A DNA stretch of 64,000 bases from Candidatus Bathyarchaeia archaeon (GCA_049586635.1 JBAVCK010000164.1:11128-75127), one strand, 5' to 3'; shown: positions 1 through 9,527, counted from the stretch's first letter. Notes: generated by a model not told the origin, from the sequence alone. A program made the numbers and translations.

Positions 1-185
1 TAGGTGTTCATATTGTTGGTGCTGAGGCATCTGATATGATCGGCGAAGCTGCGCTAGCTATTGAGATGGGCGCAACCTTAGAAGACATCGGGCTTACTGT
101 ACACCCACACCCAACCTTGCCGGAAAGCATCATGGAAGCCTCAGAGGCCGCAAAAGGAAAAGCAATTCATATTCTACAGAAATAA
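1..185 (+). CDS. lpd: dihydrolipoyl dehydrogenase, C-terminal fragment (5' end outside window)
   Basis: Frame open from window edge; hand translation [60 protein letters not shown], containing the HPHPTLxE interface motif typical of E3/Lpd C-termini; TAA at 183-185. Confidence 0.8.
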   Translation, partial: GVHIVGAEASDMIGEAALAIEMGATLEDIGLTVHPHPTLPESIMEASEAAKGKAIHILQK

Positions 186-202
186 CCACTGAAGGAATTC
201 AT

Positions 203-751
203 ATGCGGCCTGTAGATGTGCGATGGGCGCGAATAGGGTCTCGAAATCCGTCTTGGATGACGCATACTCCTCGAGCAGGTTTGTGCCTTTCCGTTTTCAT
301 CGTCGCCCGCAAGGGCGATTCAATACTTCTCGGCCGACCGAGGGCGCATGACGCTTGGCCTGAAAAAGGCGGTTTTCCGAAACGCAATGCGGCTGAGATT
401 GAGAAAGAGGGCGCATGGTTGTTGCCCGCTACCCATCTTCTGATGGAAGAGTCACCCGACCATGCCGCAAGCCGTGTCGCCCACGAATGGGCCGGGCTTA
501 AGGGAAAACCTCGGTTCGTAATGGTGCAATCTCATGTTAGGCCGCAGAGACCCGGGCATCCCGCGTACAAGCGGTCCGGGAGGCAATTGCACCACTGGGA
601 TATTTGCTTCGTATACGAGATGAGTGCCCGACAATTACCCAAGATGAGGCCTTGGTGGTCGGAGATGCGCTATCTCCCACCCACTAAGATTCGTAAAATG
701 AAGCTTGCGCGGGGTCATCGTGACATATTGGAAAAGGCACGGTACCTCTAG
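203..751 (+). CDS. hypothetical protein, Nudix-fold-like with degenerate Nudix box
   Basis: 182-aa ORF; segment E-SPDHAAS-RVAHEWAGL approximates the Nudix box Ex7REUxEExGU but lacks part of the acidic signature. Confidence 0.4.
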   Translation: MRPVDVRWARIGSRNPSWMTHTPRAGLCLSVFIVARKGDSILLGRPRAHDAWPEKGGFPKRNAAEIEKEGAWLLPATHLLMEESPDHAASRVAHEWAGLKGKPRFVMVQSHVRPQRPGHPAYKRSGRQLHHWDICFVYEMSARQLPKMRPWWSEMRYLPPTKIRKMKLARGHRDILEKARYL

Positions 752-817
752 TTGATTCGACGCAACGCCCTTCAACACGCTACTTGACATGACTCAATCT
801 TGGCTGGTTCACTTCTA

Positions 818-1489
818 ATGCCCAAACCAACCGAAGCGACTCTCCTAGACCTAGGTTTGCGGGATTACGCGGAAACCTGGAATCTGCAACGCAAGTTACA
901 CGAACTTCGGGTAAAGAAATCCATACCCGACACGCTGGTATTGGTGGAGCACCCACACGTTTTCACGGTAGGCAAGGCAGTTGTAGGCGAAGTCCCAGCC
1001 GCCATTGAGGGTATCCCAGTTTTCAGAATAGAGCGGGGCGGCCAATGGACTTACCATGGCCCGGGCCAGTTGGTCGGATACCCCATCCTCGACTTGAACG
1101 CAAGCCACCGGGACATTCATGTTTTCCTCAGGAACCTTGAGGAGACCCTAATCCGAACCGTAGCCAAGTTCGGAATAACCGCAGAGCGCGGGGTACAAAC
1201 AGGCGTCTGGGTTGGAAAGAAGAAAATTGCCTCAATCGGGGCAGCGGTTCGGAACTGGGTGAGCTTCCATGGGTTCGCACTCAATGTCAACACGGACCTT
1301 AGCTATTTCCAGATGATAACCCCATGCGGGTTCCCCGGCTCAACAATGACATCGATGAAAGCGTTACTTGGCGAAGATGTCGACCTCCACCTAGTCAAGA
1401 AGGAATTACGAAACGAATTCGAAGAAGTATTTGACCTTCATCTCAATGATTCAAAACTGGAAGCCCTAGAACCTACGACAGTTTCCTGA
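818..1489 (+). CDS. lipB: octanoyl/lipoyl transferase LipB
   Basis: VEHPHVFTVGK, ERGGQWTYHGPGQLVGYPIL, KKIASIGAAV (Lys) and ITPCG (Cys) motifs; ORF opens at TTG 800, first ATG at 818; follows lpd. Confidence 0.85.
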   Translation: MPKPTEATLLDLGLRDYAETWNLQRKLHELRVKKSIPDTLVLVEHPHVFTVGKAVVGEVPAAIEGIPVFRIERGGQWTYHGPGQLVGYPILDLNASHRDIHVFLRNLEETLIRTVAKFGITAERGVQTGVWVGKKKIASIGAAVRNWVSFHGFALNVNTDLSYFQMITPCGFPGSTMTSMKALLGEDVDLHLVKKELRNEFEEVFDLHLNDSKLEALEPTTVS

Positions 1490-1509
1490 TTATCCCTTAC
1501 TGGGTTACG

Positions 1510-1761
1510 CTATGCTAGGTGACCGAGTCTATAGCTCGCTATGGCTCTGCAGTTACTGCAGGTTGCATACCCGAATTTATCGACCGTGAACCGAGCTCGG
1601 CTGCCACAGGTTTGGCAAACCATCGTGAAACCCTTCAGCTTCCCCGAATCCGGATCCACTGGCTGAGGTTTCTTCGCCGCTTGTTTGGCAGCGATTTCTT
1701 TGGCTCTCTTTTGCTCCTCGTTCAACTTCCGCAAATATGAGGACGGCAACTTTCGGGGCAT
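1510..1761 (-). CDS. small zinc-ribbon protein, hypothetical
   Basis: 83-aa ORF with basic N-terminus and CQTC...x17...CSNC four-Cys ribbon. Confidence 0.45.
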   Translation of the reverse strand: MPRKLPSSYLRKLNEEQKRAKEIAAKQAAKKPQPVDPDSGKLKGFTMVCQTCGSRARFTVDKFGYATCSNCRAIASYRLGHLA

Positions 1762-1824
1762 TGCTTTACACGGATACGGTAGCCGCGCTCAATATATTGT
1801 TTGAGCGAGCAGACGCATCATGAG

Positions 1825-2253
1825 TTATCGAGCTGGGGAACGTGGTGTCCGTTCAATTCTCTCAATCAAACCCGTAATGCGTCGTTGTAGTTCATCTCGA
1901 ATCGCACGTAGCTCCTGAGGGCTCTTTCCAGTAGATCCAGGAATAGGCCAATCCTCAGATTTCTCTTTCGCACCTATCGGGCAGCGATCCGCGCAACCGA
2001 ACGTGATAACGCGCCAAGCGCTAGCGACCAGTTCAGGTGACACAAGCCTAGGCTTCTTAGGGCCGACCCCAATCCCTATCTCGCCTACAAGTTCAGCGAC
2101 GATTGGGTTGATGACTTCGGCAGGTTGCACGCCTGCGCTTTCGGCGTGCCAACCTTTGGGTGCTCGGGCGTTGAAGAGGGCCTCGCTCATGACGCTTCGA
2201 AAAGTGTTTTCCACACAGACGAACAGGACCATGCCATCGTCCGACGAACCCAT
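1825..2253 (-). CDS. arsC: arsenate reductase / low-molecular-weight phosphatase family protein
   Basis: N-terminal P-loop VLFVCVENTFRS (CX5R-S) plus downstream Cys pair FGCADRCP, as in thioredoxin-coupled ArsC. Confidence 0.7.
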   Translation of the reverse strand: MGSSDDGMVLFVCVENTFRSVMSEALFNARAPKGWHAESAGVQPAEVINPIVAELVGEIGIGVGPKKPRLVSPELVASAWRVITFGCADRCPIGAKEKSEDWPIPGSTGKSPQELRAIRDELQRRITGLIERIERTPRSPAR

Positions 2254-2259
2254 CCAAGG

Positions 2260-3486
2260 TCACCTTCCCTTGTTTCCTAGTATTCTTCCTCTAAAAGTGA
2301 ACATCACCAATGCGACAGCGGCGACCGCGGAGGTTGCGATGCTGAAGCTGAAAGCCGCCCCCGAACCGATACTCGTCCATAGAGCACCGAAGACCGAATT
2401 CGCGATGAGGGAGCCGATGGCGATGATTGTGTAATAGAAGGCATAGGCTGTGCCCTTGAGCTCTGGCCGGGTAAAGTCGGGGATCATAGCCCGCTGCACG
2501 GTATCAGAGATTGAGAGGTAGCACCCATAGAAGACGCCGATCAAGAAGCCAAAGACCCAATATCCGGAAAGAAGCACGCCGGCCAGCGACGTGCCCATGA
2601 AAACTAGGAAGCTTAGGAGGAGCACGGGAAGTTTCCCGACCCTATCCGCAAGGATCCCGGCGGGAAATGATATTATCACCGTCGCCAGATTCAGGAGGGT
2701 GTACACTAATGCAATGAAATTTCCTTGTACACCGAGCGCCCGAGCGTCCAATAGAATGAAGGAGAAGTTGTAGGCGCCTACTGCGAAGATTTCTAAGACC
2801 ACGAGCAGTAAGACGAAATCTCGCGTCAAAACAGCCCGAGCATTCTTGAACAGATTCCACCGCCTAGGCCGTGCCCGCGCATCGGCCACAAAGAACAGAA
2901 GAATGATTATGGAAACGGTGCCTGGAATGAAGGAAATCCAAAACAAATTTCGCAGCCCTATCAAGGGAAGCAGCACGAATGCCAAGAGAGGGCCCAAGAC
3001 CGCTCCCACTTGGTCCAGCGAACCATGCAGGCCGAAACCTTTCCCAGCTTGTGACTTAGGAATCGAGTCACTGATGAGCGCGTCTCTCGGCGTTGTTCTC
3101 GTCCCTTTCCCAGCCCTGTCAACAACTCGCACGGCAAACGCCTGACCCCACGAGTTGGTGATTGCGAAGAGCGGTTTGGCGAGTGTGGAGAGCCCATAAC
3201 CGATCATAACGATTGGCTTACGCTTGCCGATCTTGTCGGTTAGAACGCCGGCGAAGATTCTGAATACGTTGTTGGCGGCCTCAGCGGAGCCTTCAATCAA
3301 ACCTAGTATGGCTGGGGTTGCGCCGAGCTGCTCAATGATGAAGTTGACTGGCAGGACGCCTAGAATCATCTCGGTGGATATGTCAGTGAAGAGGCTAACG
3401 TACCCAAGCCTAACAACGTTCCGAAACCCGAGCCTCTTCCACCGTTCCCTAGCCGAATCATCCTTATCCAAAGTTCTCCCCTCCAC
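2260..3486 (-). CDS. MFS transporter
   Basis: 408 aa, about 12 hydrophobic segments, loop 2-3 signature GVLTDKIGKRKP. Confidence 0.8.
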   Translation of the reverse strand: MEGRTLDKDDSARERWKRLGFRNVVRLGYVSLFTDISTEMILGVLPVNFIIEQLGATPAILGLIEGSAEAANNVFRIFAGVLTDKIGKRKPIVMIGYGLSTLAKPLFAITNSWGQAFAVRVVDRAGKGTRTTPRDALISDSIPKSQAGKGFGLHGSLDQVGAVLGPLLAFVLLPLIGLRNLFWISFIPGTVSIIILLFFVADARARPRRWNLFKNARAVLTRDFVLLLVVLEIFAVGAYNFSFILLDARALGVQGNFIALVYTLLNLATVIISFPAGILADRVGKLPVLLLSFLVFMGTSLAGVLLSGYWVFGFLIGVFYGCYLSISDTVQRAMIPDFTRPELKGTAYAFYYTIIAIGSLIANSVFGALWTSIGSGAAFSFSIATSAVAAVALVMFTFRGRILGNKGR

Positions 3487-3564
3487 TGCGTTTCGTAAAG
3501 ATAAAACCTCGTGCCAAGAAAACGGTTTTATTGCGAATTATGATGTTGCATAGTCGCTACGACC

Positions 3565-4224
3565 ATGCCACATTCACGCTACGCCCTCTTCTTGCTGTGT
3601 TTACTACTCGTGTTTGGGAACGCCGCCTCCGCATATGCGCAGGCCATAAACTTTTGCGAGATCAGTTACCTCAAATTTGATTACCCCGAAACGGTCCCGG
3701 CGCACCAGGCATTTACTGTCACTACAACAGTTGCATTGTTTTCCTGTGATGTCGGTCCGGTGGTTGCCCGTGTTGACCTCTCTGACTTTCACCATAATCT
3801 CATATCATCTAGCTATAGCTGGGTAGATTCTCCTGTGACCTACGTCACCAACACAATTACAGCACCTCAAATTGGCGACCCGAATATCATCTACGCCACC
3901 GCTTACATGGTTTTGATTAGCGGGCAAATAGTGGGACATTACATGTCATGGTTCCACCTCTCAGTGGTTCCCCCAACCGAAGCCACGACAACCAATAGTT
4001 CTGCAGTTCAAATCAATTCGCAGACTGTGGCGTCGCCAACAACTGTGACGAGTACCTCCACTTTCGCTTCAACAGGGTCAGCTCCAACCCTGTTCGCAAC
4101 GACGATTTCAAGCGAAAACATTTCGGCTTTGATTCTATCTAGCGATCTACCATACGAGTTAGTCATCGTGGTCGCCATTCTATTCATGGTCACCTTGGCC
4201 GTTCTATACAGGCGAAAGAAATAG
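3565..4224 (+). CDS. secreted, C-terminally anchored surface protein (hypothetical)
   Basis: Signal-like N-terminus LFLLCLLLVFGNAASAYAQ, Thr/Ser-rich linker (TTTNSSAVQINSQTVASPTTVTSTSTFAST), C-terminal TM helix followed by YRRKK. Confidence 0.55.
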   Translation: MPHSRYALFLLCLLLVFGNAASAYAQAINFCEISYLKFDYPETVPAHQAFTVTTTVALFSCDVGPVVARVDLSDFHHNLISSSYSWVDSPVTYVTNTITAPQIGDPNIIYATAYMVLISGQIVGHYMSWFHLSVVPPTEATTTNSSAVQINSQTVASPTTVTSTSTFASTGSAPTLFATTISSENISALILSSDLPYELVIVVAILFMVTLAVLYRRKK

Positions 4225-4312
4225 TAGTTATGGGCCGTCAGGTTTTGTGGAACATGGAAATCGCTTAAATGACTCCTTCCCAGTATTCTGATTAAACGAC
4301 GGCGTAGGTTAC

Positions 4313-5302
4313 GTGGTTCCCCTAACAGACTCTTTTGGGCGCGTTGCGCGCAAGCTTCGCATATCCGTTACGGATCGCTGCAATTTCCGCTGCCAATTCT
4401 GCATGCCCAAAACGCCCGTCTGGCTGCCTAGAAATGAAATACTTAGGTACGAGGAGATTGAACGCGTCGTGTCACTCTTCGCAGAATTAGGGGTGGAAAA
4501 GGTCCGCCTTAGCGGCGGAGAGCCACTGATGCGGCGGGACATTGAGAAGCTCGTTGAAATGCTCGCACGTGTCCCAGGAATCAGTTCGCTGAGCATGACG
4601 ACCAACGGGTTCCTCCTAGCCGAAAAGGCTGCAGCGCTAAGGAAAGCTGGGTTGAAGGGCGTAACCGTAAGCCTCCACAGCCTCAAGCCCGAACGATTCA
4701 GTCAAATCACAGGCGGCGGAGTCTTCCGCAAGGTGGTAGATGGGATTAGGGCGGCTAAGGAGAACGGGTTCAATCCGCTGAAAATAAATGCCGTAATCAT
4801 CCGGGGCTGCAACGAGGACGAAGTAGGCGACCTAGCCTCGCTTGCTCGGGCTGGCGACGTCACAGTCCGCTTCATCGAATACATGCCCTTCGACGGGCAA
4901 CGCCTCTGGGGATTGGAAAAAGTTGTAGGCGGAAAGGAGATAATCCAACGCGTTCAAGAGCACTATGAACTTGAGCCCGTCCCGCGAGAAACGGGAAGCA
5001 CAGCGAAGATCTACCGGTTTAAAGACGGTCCGGGCGAGATTGGCGTAATTACTTCGATAACTGAACCCTTTTGCTCGGACTGCGATAGGATGCGGCTATC
5101 TGCAGATGGGAAAATCGTTCCATGCCTCTTCGATAAGGCAGGCTTCGACCTTAGGCCTCTCCTTAGAAACGGGGCCTCCGATGAGGCAATATTAGATTTC
5201 ATGCGCGACTCCGTCCTCCGGAAAGCTCCGGGAGTGGAAACGTTGCTCAAGAAGTTCCATAACCTTGAGCATGTCCGACCTATGCATACAATCGGCGGCT
5301 GA
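4313..5302 (+). CDS. moaA: GTP 3',8-cyclase MoaA (molybdenum cofactor biosynthesis, radical SAM)
   Basis: LRISVTDRCNFRCQFCMP (CX3CX2C), SGGEPLMR, C-terminal CSDCDRMRLSADGKIVPCLF second cluster, terminal GG. Confidence 0.9.
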   Translation: MVPLTDSFGRVARKLRISVTDRCNFRCQFCMPKTPVWLPRNEILRYEEIERVVSLFAELGVEKVRLSGGEPLMRRDIEKLVEMLARVPGISSLSMTTNGFLLAEKAAALRKAGLKGVTVSLHSLKPERFSQITGGGVFRKVVDGIRAAKENGFNPLKINAVIIRGCNEDEVGDLASLARAGDVTVRFIEYMPFDGQRLWGLEKVVGGKEIIQRVQEHYELEPVPRETGSTAKIYRFKDGPGEIGVITSITEPFCSDCDRMRLSADGKIVPCLFDKAGFDLRPLLRNGASDEAILDFMRDSVLRKAPGVETLLKKFHNLEHVRPMHTIGG

Positions 5303-5328
5303 ATAGTGCCTGACGCAGATGCACGACA

Positions 5329-5343
5329 TTTAAGTATAGATAA
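5329..5343 (+). promoter_or_regulatory. candidate archaeal TATA box upstream of albA
   Basis: TTTAAGTATAGATAA in the 116-nt intergenic region, about 75 nt upstream of the albA ATG. Confidence 0.3.
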
Positions 5344-5418
5344 CCGATGGAACAACCTCACCATCTGAAAATCCCTTAACACCAACATTCCTCACAAGTA
5401 ATTCAACAAAATCAAACT

Positions 5419-5763
5419 ATGGTAAGAACGATGAGCGAACAACCAAACCTTGTCCGAATCGGCAAGAAACCCATCATGAACTACGTTACCGCATGCGTCA
5501 CCCTCTTCAACTCTGGAAACGGGGACGTTATGGTTAGGGCTAGGGGCCAGGCGATAGAGAAGGCCATCGATACCGTCCAAATGTTGAAGCGCAGCTTCCT
5601 AAAGGACGCTAAAATCGTGAGCATAAACTTGGGGTCGGAGGATGTCACCCGCTTCGACGGCACTAGAGGAAACATTTCAACCATAGAGATCACCCTCTCC
5701 CGCGAAGGCGAAGAAGAAGACTACGAAGAGGAAGAACCGGTCCAAGCGGAAGAGGCAGTCTGA
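5419..5763 (+). CDS. albA: DNA/RNA-binding protein Alba with acidic C-terminal tail
   Basis: NLVRIGKKPIMNYVTACVTLFNSG...VMVRARGQAIEKAIDTVQMLKR is the Alba fold signature; about 20-aa Glu-rich tail EGEEEDYEEEEPVQAEEAV. Confidence 0.85.
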   Translation: MVRTMSEQPNLVRIGKKPIMNYVTACVTLFNSGNGDVMVRARGQAIEKAIDTVQMLKRSFLKDAKIVSINLGSEDVTRFDGTRGNISTIEITLSREGEEEDYEEEEPVQAEEAV

Positions 5764-5861
5764 CTAGGCTGAGGTTTTCGCGCTACCATAAGTACAGTTC
5801 TGCCTAAGCATGTAAGCCCCATAAGGGACGCGTTTGTTTATTCCAAGGAGGGTGTGAGCAA

Positions 5862-6389
5862 TTGGATTTTCTTCGTGATTTAGAAACCGGGCCTGACCCG
5901 CCGAACGTTGTGTACGCGGTCGTAGAAAGCCCGAAAGGAACTGAGAACAAATACGAATACGATGTGAAAAAGAAAGCCATTGTGCTCGATCGCGTATTGT
6001 TCTCGGCCGTGCATTTTCCCGGCGATTACGGTTTCATACCACGAACTCTCGATGAAGATGGAGACCCGCTTGATATCCTCGTATTGGTAACGAACCCTAC
6101 TTTTCCAGGATGCATTATGTCAGCAAGGCCCGTCGGCCTCCTTCGAATGCTAGATGGCAACAAAAGAGACGACAAGATCCTAGCTGTTCCTACCAGTGAC
6201 CCCCGGTACGCTGAATATCACGATTTGGACACCTTGCCAGAGCATATTCTCAAAGAAATCGCGTACCTATTCGAGACGTACAAGGTCTTGGAAGGAAAAC
6301 AGGTCAAAGTGTTGGGATGGGAAAAATCCGAAGCAGCCAAGAAAATCATCGAGCACTGCCAAGAACTCTACAGGAAAAGCCTAGGCTGA
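5862..6389 (+). CDS. ppa: inorganic pyrophosphatase (family I)
   Basis: VVESPKGTENKYEYD, FPGDYGFIPRTLDEDGDPLDILVL, DDKILAV motifs; TTG start 8 nt after GGAGGGTG. Confidence 0.9.
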   Translation: MDFLRDLETGPDPPNVVYAVVESPKGTENKYEYDVKKKAIVLDRVLFSAVHFPGDYGFIPRTLDEDGDPLDILVLVTNPTFPGCIMSARPVGLLRMLDGNKRDDKILAVPTSDPRYAEYHDLDTLPEHILKEIAYLFETYKVLEGKQVKVLGWEKSEAAKKIIEHCQELYRKSLG

Positions 6390-6417
6390 ACTCTCTCACT
6401 GCTTCTGTGAACAGCCA

Positions 6418-7050
6418 ATGGTCGGTTCGTCGCTCGACGTTTTTCTGAATGGTGTTGTCGCAGGTTACGGCATAGCGATTCCAGTAGGACCAATTGCCGT
6501 TCTGATCCTTGAGCTAGGATTTCGTCGCGGGTTTAGGGTTGCGTTAAGCGCGGGGGCTGGTGCTGCCTCAGCGGATTTGATTTACGCGACGGTCGCCGCC
6601 CTCGCGGGGACACTAATAATCTCAGTTCTAGCGCCGTTCGCATTCATTTTGCGCATCGGAAGCGGGATAGGCTTGGTCGGTATGGGTGCGTGGCTGCTGT
6701 ACCATCGAAGGGATAGGTCCGACCGTGCTCACAAACCCAGGCTTAGAGCTACGAGCTGTCCACAAGCCTACGGCATGATTCTGGGACTAACTCTCCTCAA
6801 CCCCGTCACAATAACCTACTTCACAACTTTGATCCTGGGAATGCAGGGTTTTTCTCCATCTCCTTTGAGCGCAATCCCCTTCATCTTTGGAGCGTTCCTT
6901 GCTTCTTTGTCCTGGCAAAGCCTCTTAGCAGCAATTAGCGGTGTAGCGCACAAACACCTCTCAGCAAAGCTACAATTAGCAACATTCGCAGTCGGAAATT
7001 GCGTGATTATAGGATTGGGAATTGCGATATTGCTAGGACTCCGAATCTAA
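6418..7050 (+). CDS. LysE/RhtB family amino-acid exporter
   Basis: 210 aa, 5-6 TM segments, N-terminal GIAIPVGPIAVLILE and family-like topology. Confidence 0.7.
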   Translation: MVGSSLDVFLNGVVAGYGIAIPVGPIAVLILELGFRRGFRVALSAGAGAASADLIYATVAALAGTLIISVLAPFAFILRIGSGIGLVGMGAWLLYHRRDRSDRAHKPRLRATSCPQAYGMILGLTLLNPVTITYFTTLILGMQGFSPSPLSAIPFIFGAFLASLSWQSLLAAISGVAHKHLSAKLQLATFAVGNCVIIGLGIAILLGLRI

Positions 7051-8072
7051 GCGGCTGTGGTCTGCTCGCCCGGTCGTTTCGTTCTCCCAAGAACCATCAT
7101 GATGGCTAACAAGGCGACTATTCCAAAGCCCACGATTCCATAGACCTCGTACGCGGTTAAGACGCCTGTGAATTCCCCGTGTTCCCCAGATTCTAGCCCG
7201 ATCGTTTCAGTCACAACATTCACAGTACCATGCATCCAACCATGGTATGTGCAAATGTACTGGTACACGCCTGGCCTGGTGAAGGTGTAGACATATGTGG
7301 CGCCGGGATTCATATTCCCCGAATCAAAACTAGCATCTCTCGCAGTTACTGTGTGCGGCATGGCGTCATTGTTGGTCCACTTCACCGTGTTATTGACCCC
7401 GATGACGACCGTCAAATCCGCAGGCGTATAGCCTGGTGAGTTAACGTTTGTACTCGCGCCGGGGTCGATGCTCACGAGGATCGTGGTTGAGCTTTGCGGC
7501 ACCGTCTGGTTAGGGGCGGTTGGTTGGGTTATGCTTGAAGTATTTGGTGCGAGCACGACCAAGTAACCAATCATGCCGACTTGAACGTGGTACGTACACA
7601 CGTATTCGAAGATACCAGCGTAATTTGCCACAAAGGAGTAAGTGGCTGAAACATTGCCTGGCGTGCCTGAAACCACGACGCCGGGAGAGTTGCGTGTGGC
7701 AGGTGTTGTGATTAGTTGGCCTGTCACATCATCATGCAGGCCGGGGACGGAAGCATTAACCACAATGTTGTAGGGCGGTCCTATAACAAAATCATGAACC
7801 ACTGTGTCATTGTTGATGAATGTGAGGGCAACTGTGTCGCCTTGGTTCACAATGATGAAATCCGGATAGAACCTGTCCTGACCGCTGAGATTCTTCGTCC
7901 ATTCAATGAGGACATTCCTCGTAGTCGCCGTTTGGGTAGTCTGCGCCAAAGCCGTAACGTTGGAGGTGACAGCAACAAAAAGCAACATGGACACTAGTAC
8001 TGCGATGAAGAAGGTTTGAAACGGTGCTAACCGGATCTGCGAACTCAACGCCCAGTCAACCCAGCCGCTCAA
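7047..8072 (-). CDS. membrane-anchored two-domain blue copper (cupredoxin/plastocyanin-like) protein
   Basis: Two type-1 Cu ligand sets: VVHDFVI...YVCTYHVQVGM and MPHTVTA...YICTYHGWM; N-terminal hydrophobic segment and C-terminal TM helix. Confidence 0.8.
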   Translation of the reverse strand: MSGWVDWALSSQIRLAPFQTFFIAVLVSMLLFVAVTSNVTALAQTTQTATTRNVLIEWTKNLSGQDRFYPDFIIVNQGDTVALTFINNDTVVHDFVIGPPYNIVVNASVPGLHDDVTGQLITTPATRNSPGVVVSGTPGNVSATYSFVANYAGIFEYVCTYHVQVGMIGYLVVLAPNTSSITQPTAPNQTVPQSSTTILVSIDPGASTNVNSPGYTPADLTVVIGVNNTVKWTNNDAMPHTVTARDASFDSGNMNPGATYVYTFTRPGVYQYICTYHGWMHGTVNVVTETIGLESGEHGEFTGVLTAYEVYGIVGFGIVALLAIMMVLGRTKRPGEQTTAA

Positions 8073-8112
8073 TGATTTCGAGATATGTAAAGGATTTTTT
8101 GTTGAAAGGTCG

Positions 8113-8161
8113 GATAAGCAGCTGGTCGACTATGTAGCCGACGCGATAAAGGCCGCTTATC
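8113..8161. other. nested imperfect inverted repeat between two minus-strand genes
   Basis: Outer arms GATAAGC (8113-8119) / GCTTATC (8155-8161); inner arms GTCGACTA (8125-8132) / TAGCCGAC (8135-8142), one mismatch. Lies downstream of the 8197-8847 gene and upstream of the cupredoxin gene. Confidence 0.3.
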
Positions 8162-8196
8162 AATAGAGGAGAACCACCATAGAATTTGGTGCCGGG

Positions 8197-8847
8197 TTAG
8201 GGCTGTTGCGGTCTTACGCGGCGGCCTAACCACGGCCTCGCAGGCCACGGCCCGCGGAAGCCCTGTTCACGTTTCAAGGCCTCAACCAATTGCCTAACCC
8301 CTTGCGGATCCTTCACATTCTCAAAGGTCAACACAACTTTTCCTTCGTTCATGAAGGAGACGTCGCCGAAAACTTTCAAGTTACCCCGTCTCGGTCCCCC
8401 GTATACGCCGAATCCCCCAAGGCCAGGGAGGCCAAACATGCGTGGTGTCAGGAAAACTCCTCCCCCGAGCGAATCGTTAACCCTGTGCACGTTCATAATG
8501 ACGACTTCAGGCCAATGGTTAATTCCGATTTGGGCAACAACCCGTTTGTTTTCAACATCATATTTCAGGGCGCGCTTGTTAGTTACCGCTTCCTCCATGG
8601 TAACCTCTTTGTGGATTAGGCCACGAGTGGATTCTCGATGCCACAGGATCGTTTCGCTGTCAACAAGTGGAATAACTGAATTAACCTGTTTTACTTCTTC
8701 CGGTGGAGTTTCCGCAATAATCTCATCAGTGCTTTGAGCCCCAGCAGCCTGTGGGCCTTGGGAAGTTGTGGAAACGGCGGTACCGCAGCTCGGGCACCTT
8801 TGCCCTTCTTCGGGTATGCGGCTGCCGCATTGGGAACAGAACGTCAT
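8197..8847 (-). CDS. zinc-ribbon domain protein, hypothetical
   Basis: N-terminal CSQCGSRIPEEGQRCPSCG ribbon, low-complexity linker, about 150-aa C-terminal globular domain of unknown family. Confidence 0.5.
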   Translation of the reverse strand: MTFCSQCGSRIPEEGQRCPSCGTAVSTTSQGPQAAGAQSTDEIIAETPPEEVKQVNSVIPLVDSETILWHRESTRGLIHKEVTMEEAVTNKRALKYDVENKRVVAQIGINHWPEVVIMNVHRVNDSLGGGVFLTPRMFGLPGLGGFGVYGGPRRGNLKVFGDVSFMNEGKVVLTFENVKDPQGVRQLVEALKREQGFRGPWPARPWLGRRVRPQQP

Positions 8848-8866
8848 TCTTGGATCACAGGACCTT

Positions 8867-9025
8867 TTACTTCGTTGTCCGGCTTGCTTGGGCTTTTATT
8901 TTTTCCGTGTAGGCGTCTGCTAGTCTGCCGACCTTCAGAAGAAGCCAAACGACTATTACAACAATCGCGGCTGCAAAGACAGTTCTAATCACCAAGCCGA
9001 GGAACAATAGACCGACTGGAGTCAT
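8867..9025 (-). CDS. small single-TM protein (52 aa), hypothetical
   Basis: Hand-translated ATG..TAA ORF below the track cutoff: MTPVGLLFLGLVIRTVFAAAIVVIVVWLLLKVGRLADAYTEKIKAQASRTTK; directly upstream of and co-oriented with 8197-8847. Confidence 0.3.
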   Translation of the reverse strand: MTPVGLLFLGLVIRTVFAAAIVVIVVWLLLKVGRLADAYTEKIKAQASRTTK

Positions 9026-9527
9026 ATCAAACACCTCTCAAACGCGAAGCCAAGCCTTACGGAATAAAAGCAGTTGTGAATGAATCATTCAGCACAATGT
9101 TCGTTTAAGCGGGTAAATAATCCACGGGTGTTTCAGTCGTCGATGAAAAAACTAGGTTTCTACCAGGTGGAACATCCACACCTACGGTAGATTCGTTCCA
9201 ATCATGGTCAAGTGTGCGGTGCTCCGAATCATGCTGTAATCGATTTGAGGAGGTGAATTGAAGTGGAATGCAATATCGGAGGCAGGGAATACTACCATGT
9301 GGCGGACTACCTTTTCGGGTTCGAGCATCCCCCAGTGGCCGTCTACCGACCATAGAAACTGAACAATGACACCGGTGCTCCTACCCGCCCTTATTTTCCA
9401 AGACCCCGACAACCTGGAGCCATGCTGGGTTCGTATGGCTGATGAGCCGACTTGTTTCAAGAATCATAGGTTCTTCGTTGCAATCGATTTATAGATTGGC
9501 TGAGAGTTCTGCGTAGGACGAATACAA

